DNA from: Vicugna vicugna
Lineage: Eukaryota
Assembly (NCBI GenBank): GCA_013265495.1
Contig: MU058531.1
Coordinates: 1,674,911 to 1,738,910, forward strand
Direction: 5' to 3'
DNA: 64,000 bases
In this document: in pieces, positions 51,407-64,000 of the stretch
How positions within the stretch are numbered: position 1 is the first letter of the stretch
How the letters are laid out: each line of letters starts with the position of its first letter
Notes under the pieces: generated by a model
What the model saw: only the letters and a program-made list of their open reading frames with translations
What the model was told of the DNA's origin: nothing
Databases searched by the model: none
Made by a program: the position numbers and the translations under genes

Positions 51407-51585
51407 GTGTGTAAATATGTACTGTTGTTATAAATATGTACCGTAAATACTTCACCTTTAATTTTAACTTTTTAACAATAAGCAAACTCTAAAAGAGAAT
51501 GAATTTTTTTTTAATGGTCACATAATGTCTCCAGATAGGATCTGACAAAGAATACAAATTGCTAATACATTTTTTTGTGTGCTAG

Positions 51586-51661
51586 GAGTGGCAACGAGGA
51601 GAAAATGATGGCTCTGCTTACACCATTAAATGTCAACTGCCATGCAAGTGATGGCAGAAAG
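51586..51661 (+). CDS. TNKS2: TNKS2 exon 5 (76 nt)
   Basis: ctag|G AGT GGC AAC...; [28 protein letters not shown]|gtactt. Confidence 0.95.
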
Positions 51662-52023
51662 GTACTTCCTTTTGCAACTAAGTTTGTGTGTGTCTCCTCG
51701 TAACATGAAATTGTGTTTGTCTTTTTACTTAAAAGAAGATGTCAACATTCTTATCAGATGTTTTAAGCGATAATTTGGATTAATTCTTAACCTTAGTAAA
51801 ACTTTGTTAATAATAAGCATTTAGTTTGCTTCCTATTTGCAATAGTGAGCTTCTAAACAAACTTTTATACTATCCCTCTGGTATATATGTTAGATTTTGT
51901 AAAACCCAATTATTACTATTATTTAGACAATGAAGATAAAAAATTTTCTCTGAATTTTTACCTTTTCGTGCAATTTTGAAGCTATTATTTGTATTTCATT
52001 AATTTGTCTCATTAATATTTCAG

Positions 52024-52118
52024 TCAACTCCATTGCATTTGGCAGCAGGATACAACAGAGTGAAGATTGTACAACTGTTGTTGCAACATGGAGCTGATGT
52101 CCATGCTAAAGATAAAGG
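52024..52118 (+). CDS. TNKS2: TNKS2 exon 6 (95 nt)
   Basis: tttcag|TCA ACT CCA...; [33 protein letters not shown]|gtaaat. Confidence 0.96.
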
Positions 52119-52153
52119 GTAAATAAGCATTTGAACAAAAATGAGAATTTCTT

Positions 52154-52186
52154 TTTTTTTTTAACATTTTTTATTGATTTATAATC
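52154..52186 (-). mobile_element. Ultra-short (~33 nt) L1 3'-terminus insertion
   Basis: 'tttttttttaacattttttattgatttataatc' matches the L1 terminus at ~40031; TSD aaaatgagaatttctt / aaaatgaggatttctt. Confidence 0.8.
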
Positions 52187-54113
52187 AAAATGAGGATTTC
52201 TTAAGTGTTACTGTGCTTATGATAATCTCTGTAATCTTGTAAAAATCATATTTTTTACTAAATATTGTAAACATTTTTATCGAGCTTTTAGAATATGCAG
52301 GTTCCTCTGAGAGCACAGGAAATTATAAAACCTTAAGGTCACCATCCATAGGGCTTACACTACACTTTAGAAGGCATGAAAAGATGCCTAACAATGTAAG
52401 TTCTCTACTAAGTGTGAGGTGGTAAATAGAAAGGCATAGTACTGCAGGGTTTCTTAGGAGCAGATACTCAGTGCTCAGGGTAGTGGTTGGGAGATCCTTG
52501 GGGAAGGTGATATTTGCCCTGGACTCAGTTCAGGAAAGCAGACAGTTTAGGAAACATCACTCTGTGCAGGAGAACTGGTGTGAGAGAAGGTGCTACAGCA
52601 GACATTACAGCATATCAAAGACACAGTGACTAGACCAGCTTGGCTAAAGCAGTGATTCACATAGGGGAGAAATAAAGGTTAGAGTTAGGAAAACAGGTAA
52701 GAACCAACTTTTAAAGGACTTGGCATTCCAGCCTAAGGAATGCAAACTTGATTCTGTGAGCCGCATTAGCCATTGAAGGATCTTAAGCAAAGAGAATCAT
52801 TCTTCAAAAAGAAAAGTTTTACGAAATGCATTCTGGCAGCAATGTGTCTGGTAGCTTGAAGAAGACTAGAGGAAAAAGCAGTGAGGAGAGTGAGCATTTA
52901 TGGGTTCAAGCATTTTAAGTTTTATAATAGTAGTGGCAGAGGAAATGAAAAGAAGATGCAGATGTGAGAGATACTACAGTGTAAGAATGGATAAGATTTG
53001 TTGAATATTTAGATATGATGAGATAGAAAAGAATAAAGAGATGACTACATTTCAGATTCTGAAGATGAATAAGTGAAACCCAGTGATACACATTCAGAAA
53101 TCTAAGAGGGAAAAACTGTTTTGTGGGGAGAACATTGAGTTCACTTTTAGAAGTCTTGATTTTATGAGCTGATGATGGGAATTCAGGTGGAGGTAGCTAG
53201 TAGATAGTTGGGAATGAAATTAGTGCTCAGGAAGTAAGAAATCGTATAATCAAAACAATGAGGAAAACCATAAGCCTTTAAAGAGGGAGCTGATAGAACC
53301 AAAGACTAAGCCATGGATGACCATCACTCAGCAGAGGCCATTGTGATGTCTTTGGTAATTAGTGAGTGATTCCCAAGGAGGAACACCTTGGGTCAGGATT
53401 TCAAGATTCCTCTGTACCTTCCTGTATAGAAAGTTCTTCCTCCATTGCCATCATGAAGGAATTGGGATTTATATGAAGGAATATAGCAATTTATCTTATA
53501 GAATCTCAAAAAAAAATGTTTCAAACAAGAGCCAGTTTTGGCGCTCTGAGTTTGGAAAAATGTGCAGAAGTCAGTCAGAAGGGAGGGAAAATCTTTCCTG
53601 TTTCACCTGGGGAGTAGTATGGCGTTCAGGGAACCTCAGGTAGTTTAGCATTCCATTATTGAAGGGTAAGGCCAGAGAGGGTCAGATCATCGTATGCCAA
53701 GCTTAACAATTGGAACCATCTTTTGAAAGCATGGGAGAACCAAGAAGGATATTAAAACAAGGAGTAACCACATCAGATTCACTTTTTAGAAAAATCTGGC
53801 TGTAACTTGGAGGATAAATTGAAGTGCGGACTGTTTCAATAGACTAGGAAGAAATAATACAGGCCCAGACTGAGGCAATGGCGGTAGCAGTGGGTTGAGG
53901 GAAAAAAAGATGAAGTTGAAAGAGACTTGGGAGTTGAAATTGTTAGAACTAGTAGGGTTCGACTAGATACTGTTAGATTTCATACATTTTTATTAGAAGG
54001 TCTCATAAACCATTTAACTTTATTTAAATTTAAGCATAAATTTAATTAAAATCAAATAAACTAAGCCTAGGAAACCTAATAACACAGGCTTTTCCCTTCC
54101 TGTCATATTGTAG

Positions 54114-54180
54114 TGATCTGGTGCCCCTACACAATGCCTGTTCCTATGGTCATTATGAAGTAACTGAACTTCTGGTCAAG
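54114..54180 (+). CDS. TNKS2: TNKS2 exon 7 (67 nt)
   Basis: ttgtag|T GAT CTG GTG...; [25 protein letters not shown]|gttagt. Confidence 0.96.
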
Positions 54181-55394
54181 GTTAGTTCTTGTGTACTTTT
54201 CTTATAGTTATATAAAATTACTTGAAATACATAGTGTATGTGTTTTGTGTTTTTAGTGTTGGTGCATATAGGAGTATTTATAATCATTATAAAGTGTTAG
54301 CATCTATCTGACTTTTTTGAGATTTTTGAGATACCTAAGATTTTATACATAAAATAACTGCCATTTTCCAAATATTGGATTAAGTGAATCTAAAATTTTT
54401 GGCTAAAGGTTGAAGTTTCAAAACTCTTGAAAATAACAGAAAGCAATTTGTAGTGAACCATATAATATTAAAACCACTAGTTACATTTGCAAGACCTTCC
54501 CAGTTGTACTTTGGGTTAGAGCAGGCTCACTTGGTAAGCTTCGCTTCTTCCAGTATGCTGGGTGACTACTGTTTAACAAGCAAGTTCCCAGGACTGGCAA
54601 GCAACTCCTTGTTTACCCCTGTTAGATGAGAATAGAAGCTATGTATTCTCTTTGAGAGTGGATCCAAAAATGTTACTTACACTCATTTCTTTTTGTCCCC
54701 CAGACTCTACATATGTATTTGACCACATTCTTTAGACTTCTTTCACTCTACACCCATTCTGCCTCTAAAACTTTGACTCATTCTGTCATCAGCTGTCGTG
54801 GGAAGGGAAAGAGGACATTTGTTTCCAATGCCTCTTTGCTTCCTTTGGGGCATGTGCTACCACAGAATACATTTTCCCACAGAAACAACTTAATTATAAT
54901 GATTAGATATTCTAAATAGCCCATAAGCCTTATAAAATTTATAATGTGGCCATAATATTATACATTTTAACAGTAGTGCTTTTGCTTATTGTAAAACTGA
55001 ATCTTGAACTCAACAGAATATTTGGAATGTTATTGTGGTTGAGAGTGAGACATCACAGATTGCACTGGGACTTACAGACAACTGAATGATGTTTTCCTAA
55101 GACTTAGTATTAGCTAAATAAGAATGGGAGGCTGGTTAGAGGTTGTGTATATAGATGAAGTTAACTGAGGTGAGGGTGTAGTTACTAGAGTAGTCAGGTT
55201 CAAGAGAATCAGGAGTTATCTAGTAATTATAAAAAGCCAAATTAGTTGAGAATTAGTTTCCCATCATTGAAAGTACTAAAGAGTAAGTAGCTGGTTTGCC
55301 TTCTGCCAGAATGCTATGGCAGGGATTTTGTGTTTGATGAGAGGCTGAACTAGAATGACTTCTGTGGTCCATCGAACTCTAGTACTTGGAAATG

Positions 55395-56035
55395 TCTAAA
55401 ATTGAAAAGACTGACAGTGTTAGCAAGGATGTGGACCACTGGAACTCAGACATTGCTGATGGCAATGCAAAAATAATACAAGCACTTTAGAAAACTGTTC
55501 AGCAGTTTCTAATAAAAGTAAACATACAACTTCCATATGACCCAGCAATTCCGCCCCTAGGGATACATCCAAGAGAAATGATAGTGTGTATTCATAAAGA
55601 GACTTGTACATGGATGTTCATGACAACCTATGTATAATAGTCAAAAACTAGAAACAGTTCAAATGCCCATCAACAGGATGATGGATTATGGGATACTGCA
55701 CAATGGAATGCAACTCAGCAATAAAAACTTGATACAACAGCATGAATGATTCTCAGAAGCATTGTGTGAAAGAATCTAGACACAAGTACATATTGTGTTA
55801 CTCCATTTTAGTAAAATTCAAGAATGAGTAATTCTAGTATGGTGTACCAACGGTAAGAAAGAGGGCGGGAATTGACTGTAAAAGGAGTATCAGGGGCCAT
55901 TCTCGGGTAATGAAAACATCCTGTATCTTGAATTGAGTGATGATCTCATGGATATATACATTTGTCAAAACTCATCAAACTGTACACTTAAGAACTGTAC
56001 ATTTTACCATATGTAAATTATATCAAAGAAAAAAA
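55395..56035 (+). mobile_element. Old L1 3' end
   Basis: 'ccatatgacccagcaattccgcccctagggatacatccaagagaaatg...catttgtcaaaactcatcaaactgtacactta'. Confidence 0.8.
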
Positions 56036-56321
56036 TAGTTCTTGGAAAAGACGAAGGTTATATCTAAAGCTTCGTTTTAACTGTTTTAACAATAAGAGTT
56101 AAAAGAGGCACTTGGGTAGTAAATAATAATGGGTAGGCCTAGGCAACCATTTTTCTATGGGGGAAGATGTATTCTCTTTCTGAAATAATTGGTTTGAAAG
56201 TGACCTTTGGGAACATTATCTTTTTAAGTTTGCGTGATGTTAAATTACACAGTACTAGTAATTCTAAAGTCTCTTAAAAATTGAGCTCTAAATATATACT
56301 TTACCTACCCCAACCCCTCAG

Positions 56322-56508
56322 CATGGTGCCTGCGTCAATGCAATGGACTTGTGGCAGTTCACTCCTCTTCATGAGGCAGCTTCCAAGAACAGGATTGAAG
56401 TGTGTTCTCTTCTCCTGAGTTATGGTGCAGATCCAACACTGCTGAACTGTCACAATAAAAGTGCTATAGACTTGGCTCCCACACCACAGCTAAAAGAAAG
56501 ACTAGCAT
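56322..56508 (+). CDS. TNKS2: TNKS2 exon 8 (187 nt)
   Basis: cctcag|CAT GGT GCC...; [28 protein letters not shown]...PQLKERLA; T|gtaagt. Confidence 0.97.
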
Positions 56509-57550
56509 GTAAGTATAAAATGATGAATGCTCAGCTAGACTCATATCAGTAAACTAAAATCTTTTCTTGGTTTTTTTTTTTAGAAATAGTAAAATAATAG
56601 AATATTTTCCTTACCCATGGATATCTATTGTTGTTCAGACTAGCATATTAAATCATTTGAAAGTTTCAACTCATTTTGCTCTTAAGATGCTATGAAAAGA
56701 AAGTATATTTGTATTTGCTTTTCTCAGGTCAGGTTAAATGCTTTTTATAGATGGTATGCTTTTGAAAAGAAAGAACTTGGGTTTTGTTCCTGTCTTTGAT
56801 GTGACTTTTTATCTGCCATGAAGTTCAAGTGTTATTTGTAAGATTGCTGTTTTATAAACATAGTCTCTAGATCTTGTCATCTAATATTCTTTGGTATCTG
56901 GGCACTTCTGTGCTTTTCTGTCTGTAACTGAAATAGATGATGTAGTGAGAAATAGCCACCTAATTCGAATACAGTATCATTGTACATAAATAGAACACTT
57001 GTGTTAAGCTTATTACTCTGAAATAGTAAAGGGTAATGGGTGGTTTCACAAGTCCAGTGAATAAAAGAGAGGAATCTTGAGAAAATGCTCTCTTTCATTT
57101 GTTCATCAGTAGGTGGCTCTTGGAAATATCCAACTAGTCTAGTCCCCAGGTCTCTGATTTATTTACAAAACCATCTGCTACTGCCATAATGTTAATATAG
57201 GGACTATAATCACTTTTTATTTCTTTACTGAGAGAAGTTTTTTGCTTTGGAAAATTCTCAGAAGTCTCTGGTCTGGAAATATACTGCAGTAATCCAGATA
57301 CCAGACCAAAATAGACCTTGAGTTGGCCATGAGTATACATGAGTTGGCATGTTGTATACACGTAGGGATGAATTGGATCATAACCGAGGGGAACTGGAGT
57401 ACCACTGTCTCCCCTTTCAGGGGTTATATTTGGAGCATATCTTTAGAGCCTGACTACTTTGGTAGATAATTTTGAAAATAATCTTTCACAAGGTAAGTCC
57501 CATAAATTTGATAATTCTCATGCAGATTTAAATGCTTTTTCTTTATCTAG

Positions 57551-57672
57551 ATGAATTTAAAGGCCACTCATTGCTTCAAGCTGCACGGGAAGCTGATGTT
57601 ACACGAATCAAAAAACATCTCTCTCTGGAAATGGTGAATTTTAAGCATCCTCAGACACATGAAACAGCATTG
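57551..57672 (+). CDS. TNKS2: TNKS2 exon 9 (122 nt)
   Basis: atctag|AT GAA TTT AAA...; [43 protein letters not shown]|gtaata. Confidence 0.96.
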
Positions 57673-59998
57673 GTAATAATTCAGGTTTAAGTTGTTAAAA
57701 TAAAATATCCAAAACCATGCTAAACTGATCATAATGTCCTACTTCTTTTGATGATACAGGATACCTAACATAATATCCTACTTTTAATAATAGCATTGTT
57801 CTTAAAATGTGTGCTTTTTAAGAATTAATGCCTACAGATATAGAAAGAAAAAATTTTGAATACAGAAAAATAAACCACCTTATCCCCTCAAAAGGCAGTA
57901 CTGTTGTTCATTTGGGCAGCCTTCCAGAGAAAAATTTTGCTCACATACTGCCATATATGTAACTTTTATTATCACAAATTGTACGTATCATTTACTTTTT
58001 TCTTACTATGAAGAGTATAGATGTTTATGATTGAAAATTTGGAACCCACTGAAAAATAAGATAATCCTGCCATCAAGATAAAAACCAGTTAATTTTCCTT
58101 TCAGTATTGTAATTTTTTTTCAAAATCAGATCTGAAGTTTGCATATAGCCCCTCTGTACTGTGTGAATAAGGTATCTGTGTGAATGGTAAGGTAACATCA
58201 CGTCCCTGAGAGGTCATACCGGCTCTGTGGAGCTCTAACAAAGTAGGCAAGGGTGCAGCGGCCTGTGGAGAAGCAGTCTGGACAGAACGGAAGTGAGCAG
58301 AGGTAAGGGGTGGAAGCTAAGAAAGGGAATGATGTCATCACTGGCCACCTTAATAGTAGAAATTTAAAAGGAACAAAGCTGTATGAGTTTCAGAATGTGC
58401 TTCGGGTGAGGGAAGATGACACTAAGTAAGTTAATGTGTTGGGGCAGATTTAACTCCTAGTAGCCTTACTTATCTGATATCTTTATGGTAAATTTTCTTC
58501 CTTATGCCATGATATAAACTCTGAAGCTTATGTAGAAACCTATCTATAAGGCATTTTAGATCTTTTTTGCTACTTGTAAAAAAAAAATCCATGTTAAAAA
58601 AAAGAGCAAAGTTGCAGACTGGTAAGTGCCGGTACAAAATTAAAATCATAACAGTATCAAGGTGGTACAGAGAAACTTGGAAAAAACTGATGGGGAAAAT
58701 TTTCTGGTCTGAAAAGTTAATTCTACATTATTTTCTCCTAAGTTCTCTACTGTTAAACCACTCATCTTTTGTTACTAACTTTAACACAGACAAGGAGTTA
58801 ACTGTTGGTAGATAGTTGTGCTGCAGAGACAGTGTCTTCCAAGTTTCCAGCAATCACGGGTCCTGCCTGTAACAGGATGGGGCAGATGAGTAAGGGTTTA
58901 ACTTGAGATGGATGAGCTCAAGAATTCTTGGGTATGAACTATTTCCATTCTCTGTGCCATCCTGATAGATGTCCTGGGATGATTACTGAAAACACACCAA
59001 AGGAGCTATGTTCACCGGTTAGAAATGGTTTTATTGAAGTCAAATAAATGATTCTGGTGGCAGCAACAACATCAAAGAATGAATCTGAAACAGAGATATA
59101 AGGATCAGATAAGCTTTATGATGAACAACAGATTAAAATCAGAGAACAAATTTGATATGTGCTGAGTTTAGATGTATGGTGCAATTTAGCTTGATAATTA
59201 TCCAGAACTTCTATTCCATGAATTGTCAGTTTTCAGTTTTAACATTCATACATTGATTTGGTTATTCACTCATTCTGACATTTATTGAACACCTGTTGTT
59301 TATGAGTATAATCCTGGATGTTGGGGGTACAAAGATCTGGAACATGACCATGAGATGCTTAATTAGGTTCATAACCGGCAAATCCCTACCTCGTGTCTCC
59401 TTTCCTCTTTGATACATCATAAACATAGATCCTGCAGCCTCCAACTGAGCGTGTATCATTTTCTGCCACTGATTTTATCAAACAGGTAATCCAGGCTTCT
59501 TATTCTGCTAAAACAACTCACTGAGAGAGAAATAAATACTACCCAATTTGTCAGCTATTCTGTCGGTGTTTTACCAGGCAGAATCCAGCGCTGATGAATA
59601 CTTTGTTGTTTCCTCATGTAATGAAATCCCAGCCATTGGAGTGTTTTATTAACCTTTAAAAAATAACATAAGCATCGTGCTATATGGGAACAGTTTTGAA
59701 AGGACTATTGGTCACAATTTAAGTTTTTCATCATAGCAGTAGTAGCTTTTTCAGAGATGTAGAATAAGTATAAAGCTTGATCAGAATATTTAGTAACATA
59801 TCCCTTGGTAGATAGGATTTTCCAGCCCTGTCAGAATTTAGGGATCATTGCACATTCTATGAAGAGCAAAGTTAGGTCAGAAATGAAACAAAGGTGTGAA
59901 GTAACTCCTTGATTGTTCTTGATTGGAAGCACAAATGTTCTTAAATAAAAACCAGTTCTGTATAGTCCTTGATTAATGCTGCAATTTAAATTATTTAG

Positions 59999-60090
59999 CA
60001 TTGTGCTGCCGCGTCTCCATATCCCAAAAGAAAGCAAATATGTGAACTGTTGCTAAGAAAAGGAGCAAACATCAATGAGAAGACTAAAGA
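59999..60090 (+). CDS. TNKS2: TNKS2 exon 10 (92 nt)
   Basis: atttag|CAT TGT GCT...; [32 protein letters not shown]|gtaagt. Confidence 0.96.
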
Positions 60091-60173
60091 GTAAGTATGC
60101 TTTTAATAATTAAAAATTATTGACATTTTTATCTGTTGGAAAATACTTCATTGTCTGGCTTTTTCTCTTTAAG

Positions 60174-60252
60174 ATTCTTGACTCCTCTACACGTGGCCTC
60201 TGAGAAAGCTCATAACGATGTTGTTGAAGTAGTGGTGAAACATGAAGCAAAG
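60174..60252 (+). CDS. TNKS2: TNKS2 exon 11 (79 nt)
   Basis: tttaag|A TTC TTG ACT...; [29 protein letters not shown]|gtatac; the preceding intron is 83 nt. Confidence 0.96.
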
Positions 60253-61409
60253 GTATACTTCACTTTTGGTAATCTTTGGTAATCCAGTGAGTTACTTTCT
60301 TTTTAGCAGATGAAATGCCTGACTTCCTAAACTGTTTACTCTCTCCTAAGTATTATTTTTTTCCTCGAAATAGTCCTGCAGATACTTTTTTCTCTATCTT
60401 TTTGCTAAAAAGTCTATGGATTTACTCAAAGATGTGTTATTCCTACATATCCTTCCTTCTCCCTTCCTTTTAACCACACCACACTGGGTAAATATCCTTC
60501 AGGTCTTTTTCTAACAGTACACTCTTGAGAATATCCCTAGCCAGAGACATCCATATTCTGACCTATCATCTTTTCCAGGATTCTCTTCTGGTATCTTCTG
60601 TTCCATGGTTGCCACGATAATTCCTGCTATTACCCCAGGCACAGTCTCTCTTACCCTCTGTTATTTCATGACTAAGCCAAAGAACATGGAACAGAAGGAA
60701 ATAGTTAAACTGTTTAAATGACTTGACTTAAAATGTAGCTTCTCATATTGTGAAGTTACTGTTCTGTAGTTAGCATTTGTACACAAAGCATTGTATTCAT
60801 GGAATAATTATGTTTTCATCAAGGCTAAAAATCACAATGTCTTACCTAGGAACTTACAAAAAGTTACTCAGTAAACGATACACATAGATAGCATCCCAGA
60901 TTGGAAGAGATAACGGTCACCTAATTCAACAGTTTTCACAGTTTTTAGCCACAAATCCTTGTTTTCTTCAAACAAAATCTTTGGTAGGTAGTTGTTGTAG
61001 AACAGAATTGAGCTGCTCTGATGAAGGGAGAAGAAAGAAACAGAGATCCCTTTACCCTTGGGGCCCCCTGAGGCTCTTCTCCAAATGAACTTTGTAGACT
61101 TGTTTTCTGATCTGTCCTTCCTTGGGTTTCCACCCAAGGAACTACTTTGATTCTACAGTTTCTTCTTCTGTTGCCTCTCAGTGTCCTAATTTCTCTTTGA
61201 TTTGGGGGAATTCTTGATAATGTATAATCTCAATCTTTCTTATTGTAAAGTATTGAAAAAATAAAGTTTATTTCTGCTTGACTGCTTGGCATACCTCATT
61301 TGTCTGTCTGTTCTGTAACTTTTCGTTGATTGCTCTTTTCTTACGTGTGGTGCATTATGTGAAGACTGTCTGGATGCAAATTAAATTTGATTTGTGTAAC
61401 AGTCTCAAC

Positions 61410-61524
61410 TAAGGTGACCAACCATCCAGGTTTGTCCCAGGACTGAGGGATTTCTGGGAACACAGGACTTTTCAGTGCTTAAACTGGAAAAGTCCCAGAC
61501 AAACCAGGACAAGTTGGTCACCTG
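61410..61524. mobile_element. MER81-like hAT-Blackjack MITE
   Basis: TIRs aggtgaccaac / gttggtcacct, internal inverted symmetry, degenerate 8-bp TSD gtctcaac / atcttgac. Confidence 0.85.
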
Positions 61525-62973
61525 ATCTTGACACAGAGTGGTACCCAGATAAAGTTTTCAAGTAAATGTAGTTCACATTTCAGTGAGTTTTTTATGTGAA
61601 TAAATAAATTAATTGCCCTGAGCATTTTAAATTGATTTTTCAGATTCAATAAGCATGGAGACTAGTTTTATAGGCTACTTTTAGATTCATTGAGAAAGTC
61701 TTATTATATACTTCTGTTCAGATGTTCTCTGATTCTAAGAATATGAATTAGACAATGTCTCAAAACACACTAGTGGTCATGTGATTGATTACTGAGGAAT
61801 TTGATTTCTCAGTTATGATTTGAAGAATTATTTTCCTGGTTGGTTGGGGGAATGGGGATGAGATAGAAGGAGTCTTACAGGTGACTTTTTTTTAATGGAA
61901 AATTTCAAAAAATACAACCAAGTTGGAAGAATTTTAAAGAGAGTAGTTATATACTCACCATCTAAATTCTGTCACTAGCATTTTACCATATTGTTTTCTT
62001 TTATATCCACCAATTTCTCCCTCTATCCATCAATATCTCTTTTTTTGGCAAACTTTTTTTAAAAAATTTGCTAATTACTGTACACTTCTCCCTAAATTCT
62101 CTTAGTAGGATTCAGCTAGACATTAATATTTGTTTTCAGGTTTTATTTGGATGTGAAATTTATGTGCAATGAAATGTACAAATCTTAAATGTACATTTAC
62201 TGAACTTTGCCTAATGCATATACCTGTGCAACTAAAATCATGACAGTAGAGAACATTATCTTATAGCAAAGGCAGTGTCCCATCCAAGGCAGTCTCCACA
62301 CCTAAAGGCAACAACCATTTTGATTTTTTCTAACATAGATTAGATGCAGCTGTTCTGGGCCTTCATGTCCATGGAATCATGCAATATATACTCTTTGGTG
62401 TAAGACTTTTTCCACTCAGAATAATGTTTTGGAGATTAAGCCACGTATCAATAATTTGTTCCTTTTTATTGCTAAGAAATATTCTGTTGTGTGAATATAC
62501 CATAGTGTCTTGATCCATACAGATTATATTTTACATGATAAATAAGGTAGAAGAATAAGCCAGTAGAAATAAGTATTTTAATGATAATTTAGTCTCTGGC
62601 TTTGTTACTATTATCTTGGAGTTAGTCTCAACATTTCTACACCTCAGAGATCCATAAAAATACATGCATTAGACTTTCTTAGGCAATGTCTAGCTCTAAA
62701 TGCAGTAAATCTGTGAATGCTGTAATGCTAATAAACACAACTGTTTTTCAACATCTTAACACTTTTAATCCAAAATTGGGTCTTCTGATGTCTGCCTTCA
62801 TGAATTGGTGAATTTATACTTTGATTTGAGCAAAAATACTTGCATTGGCACTGGATAATAGGCTTCATAAAAGAATAGTTGAAATTTTAAATTGGTAACA
62901 AGTGCTGAATACACAAATGGACAGTTTAAAATTTTGCACTGCAAGCTAATTTTAGCTTTTCTGCATTGTTAAG

Positions 62974-63145
62974 GTTAATGCTCTGGATAATCTCGGTCAG
63001 ACTTCTCTGCACAGAGCTGCACATTGTGGTCATCTGCAAACCTGCCGCCTACTCCTGAGTTATGGGTGTGATCCTAACATCATATCCCTTCAGGGCTTTA
63101 CTGCCTTACAGATGGGAAATGAAAATGTGCAGCAACTTCTTCAAG
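62974..63145 (+). CDS. TNKS2: TNKS2 exon 12 (172 nt)
   Basis: gttaag|GTT AAT GCT...; [58 protein letters not shown]|gtattg. Confidence 0.96.
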
Positions 63146-63279
63146 GTATTGAATGCTTCCATGAAATTATTATTTTTTTTAAATTAACCTTTATTTATTT
63201 ATTTTTTACATATCATGTAAGAGTTGGTAGTAAAAAAAAGTTTTTTTAGATTTGTTGGCTGTTTCTTTTTCTAAAATTC

Positions 63280-63435
63280 TTACTTTTTATTGAAGTGTGG
63301 TCGATGACTGTTATTTTCAGGTGTACAACTAAGTGATTCAGTTATATGTATACATACATATATTTAGATTCTTTTCCATTACAGCTCATTACAAGAAATT
63401 AGATATAGTTGCTGTGCTGTACAGTAGGTCCTTGT
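63280..63435 (-). mobile_element. L1 3' end fragment
   Basis: 'tttttattgaagtgtggtcgatg...caggtgtacaactaagtgattcag...gctgtacagtaggtccttgt'. Confidence 0.8.
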
Positions 63436-63591
63436 AAGCTGTTATTTCTTCTTACAGCTCATTGTACTCAATGCACAAATACTGTTAAACCTGATTATAG
63501 GTCAGGCCATCTTTCATTATCTACTTTATTTATGTTCCTTTATATTACTTAAATCTCATTTTATAATTCACATTTACGTACATTTCACATA

Positions 63592-63594
<3 letters not shown>

Positions 63595-63632
<38 letters not shown>
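63595..63632. repeat. (GT)19 microsatellite
   Basis: Uninterrupted GT run in intron 12. Confidence 0.95.
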
Positions 63633-63633
<1 letters not shown>

Positions 63634-63764
63634 GTAAAATGTTTCAAAAAGTTTTTATTGCTTTTCCCCTACTACCTTGGAGATTTCCTACATAATTACC
63701 ACCAAACTGTAAAAAGAGCTTTACTTTCAGATACGATGCCTCCCTTAAAGCTTCGCCCCCCTAG

Positions 63765-63983
<219 letters not shown>

Positions 63984-64000
63984 TAATATGAAAAATCAAG

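Noticed and set aside
60253..62973. Intron 11 as a true U12-type intron
   Set aside because: The donor has A instead of C at +5 and no TCCTTAAC-like branch point lies near the acceptor.

Overview
Mammalian genomic DNA, most likely camelid: it carries four tRNA-Ala-like SINEs of the vic-1 type plus artiodactyl-type L1 3' ends. The first ~33 kb is repeat-rich intergenic sequence (old L1/L2/MIR, MaLR and ERVL LTRs, a two-LTR MaLR element, and a tailless 7SK retropseudogene with a 15-bp target-site duplication). A CpG-island promoter at ~33.0-33.9 kb drives TNKS2 (tankyrase-2, + strand). Coding exons 1-13 (codons 1-509, ankyrin-repeat region) were traced by hand with GT-AG junctions and consistent phases; the gene runs off the right edge. 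The most interesting signal is the TNKS2 5' leader. It has a cap-proximal hairpin, a 7-codon uORF in optimal Kozak context whose UGA overlaps an in-frame CUG-GUG pair, and a stop-free 46-codon in-frame extension encoding a signal-peptide/transmembrane-like segment, suggesting a non-AUG, membrane-targeted tankyrase-2 isoform under uORF control. This is an inference, not a demonstration. Repeat family names come from recalled consensus sequences, and boundaries of old repeats are approximate.
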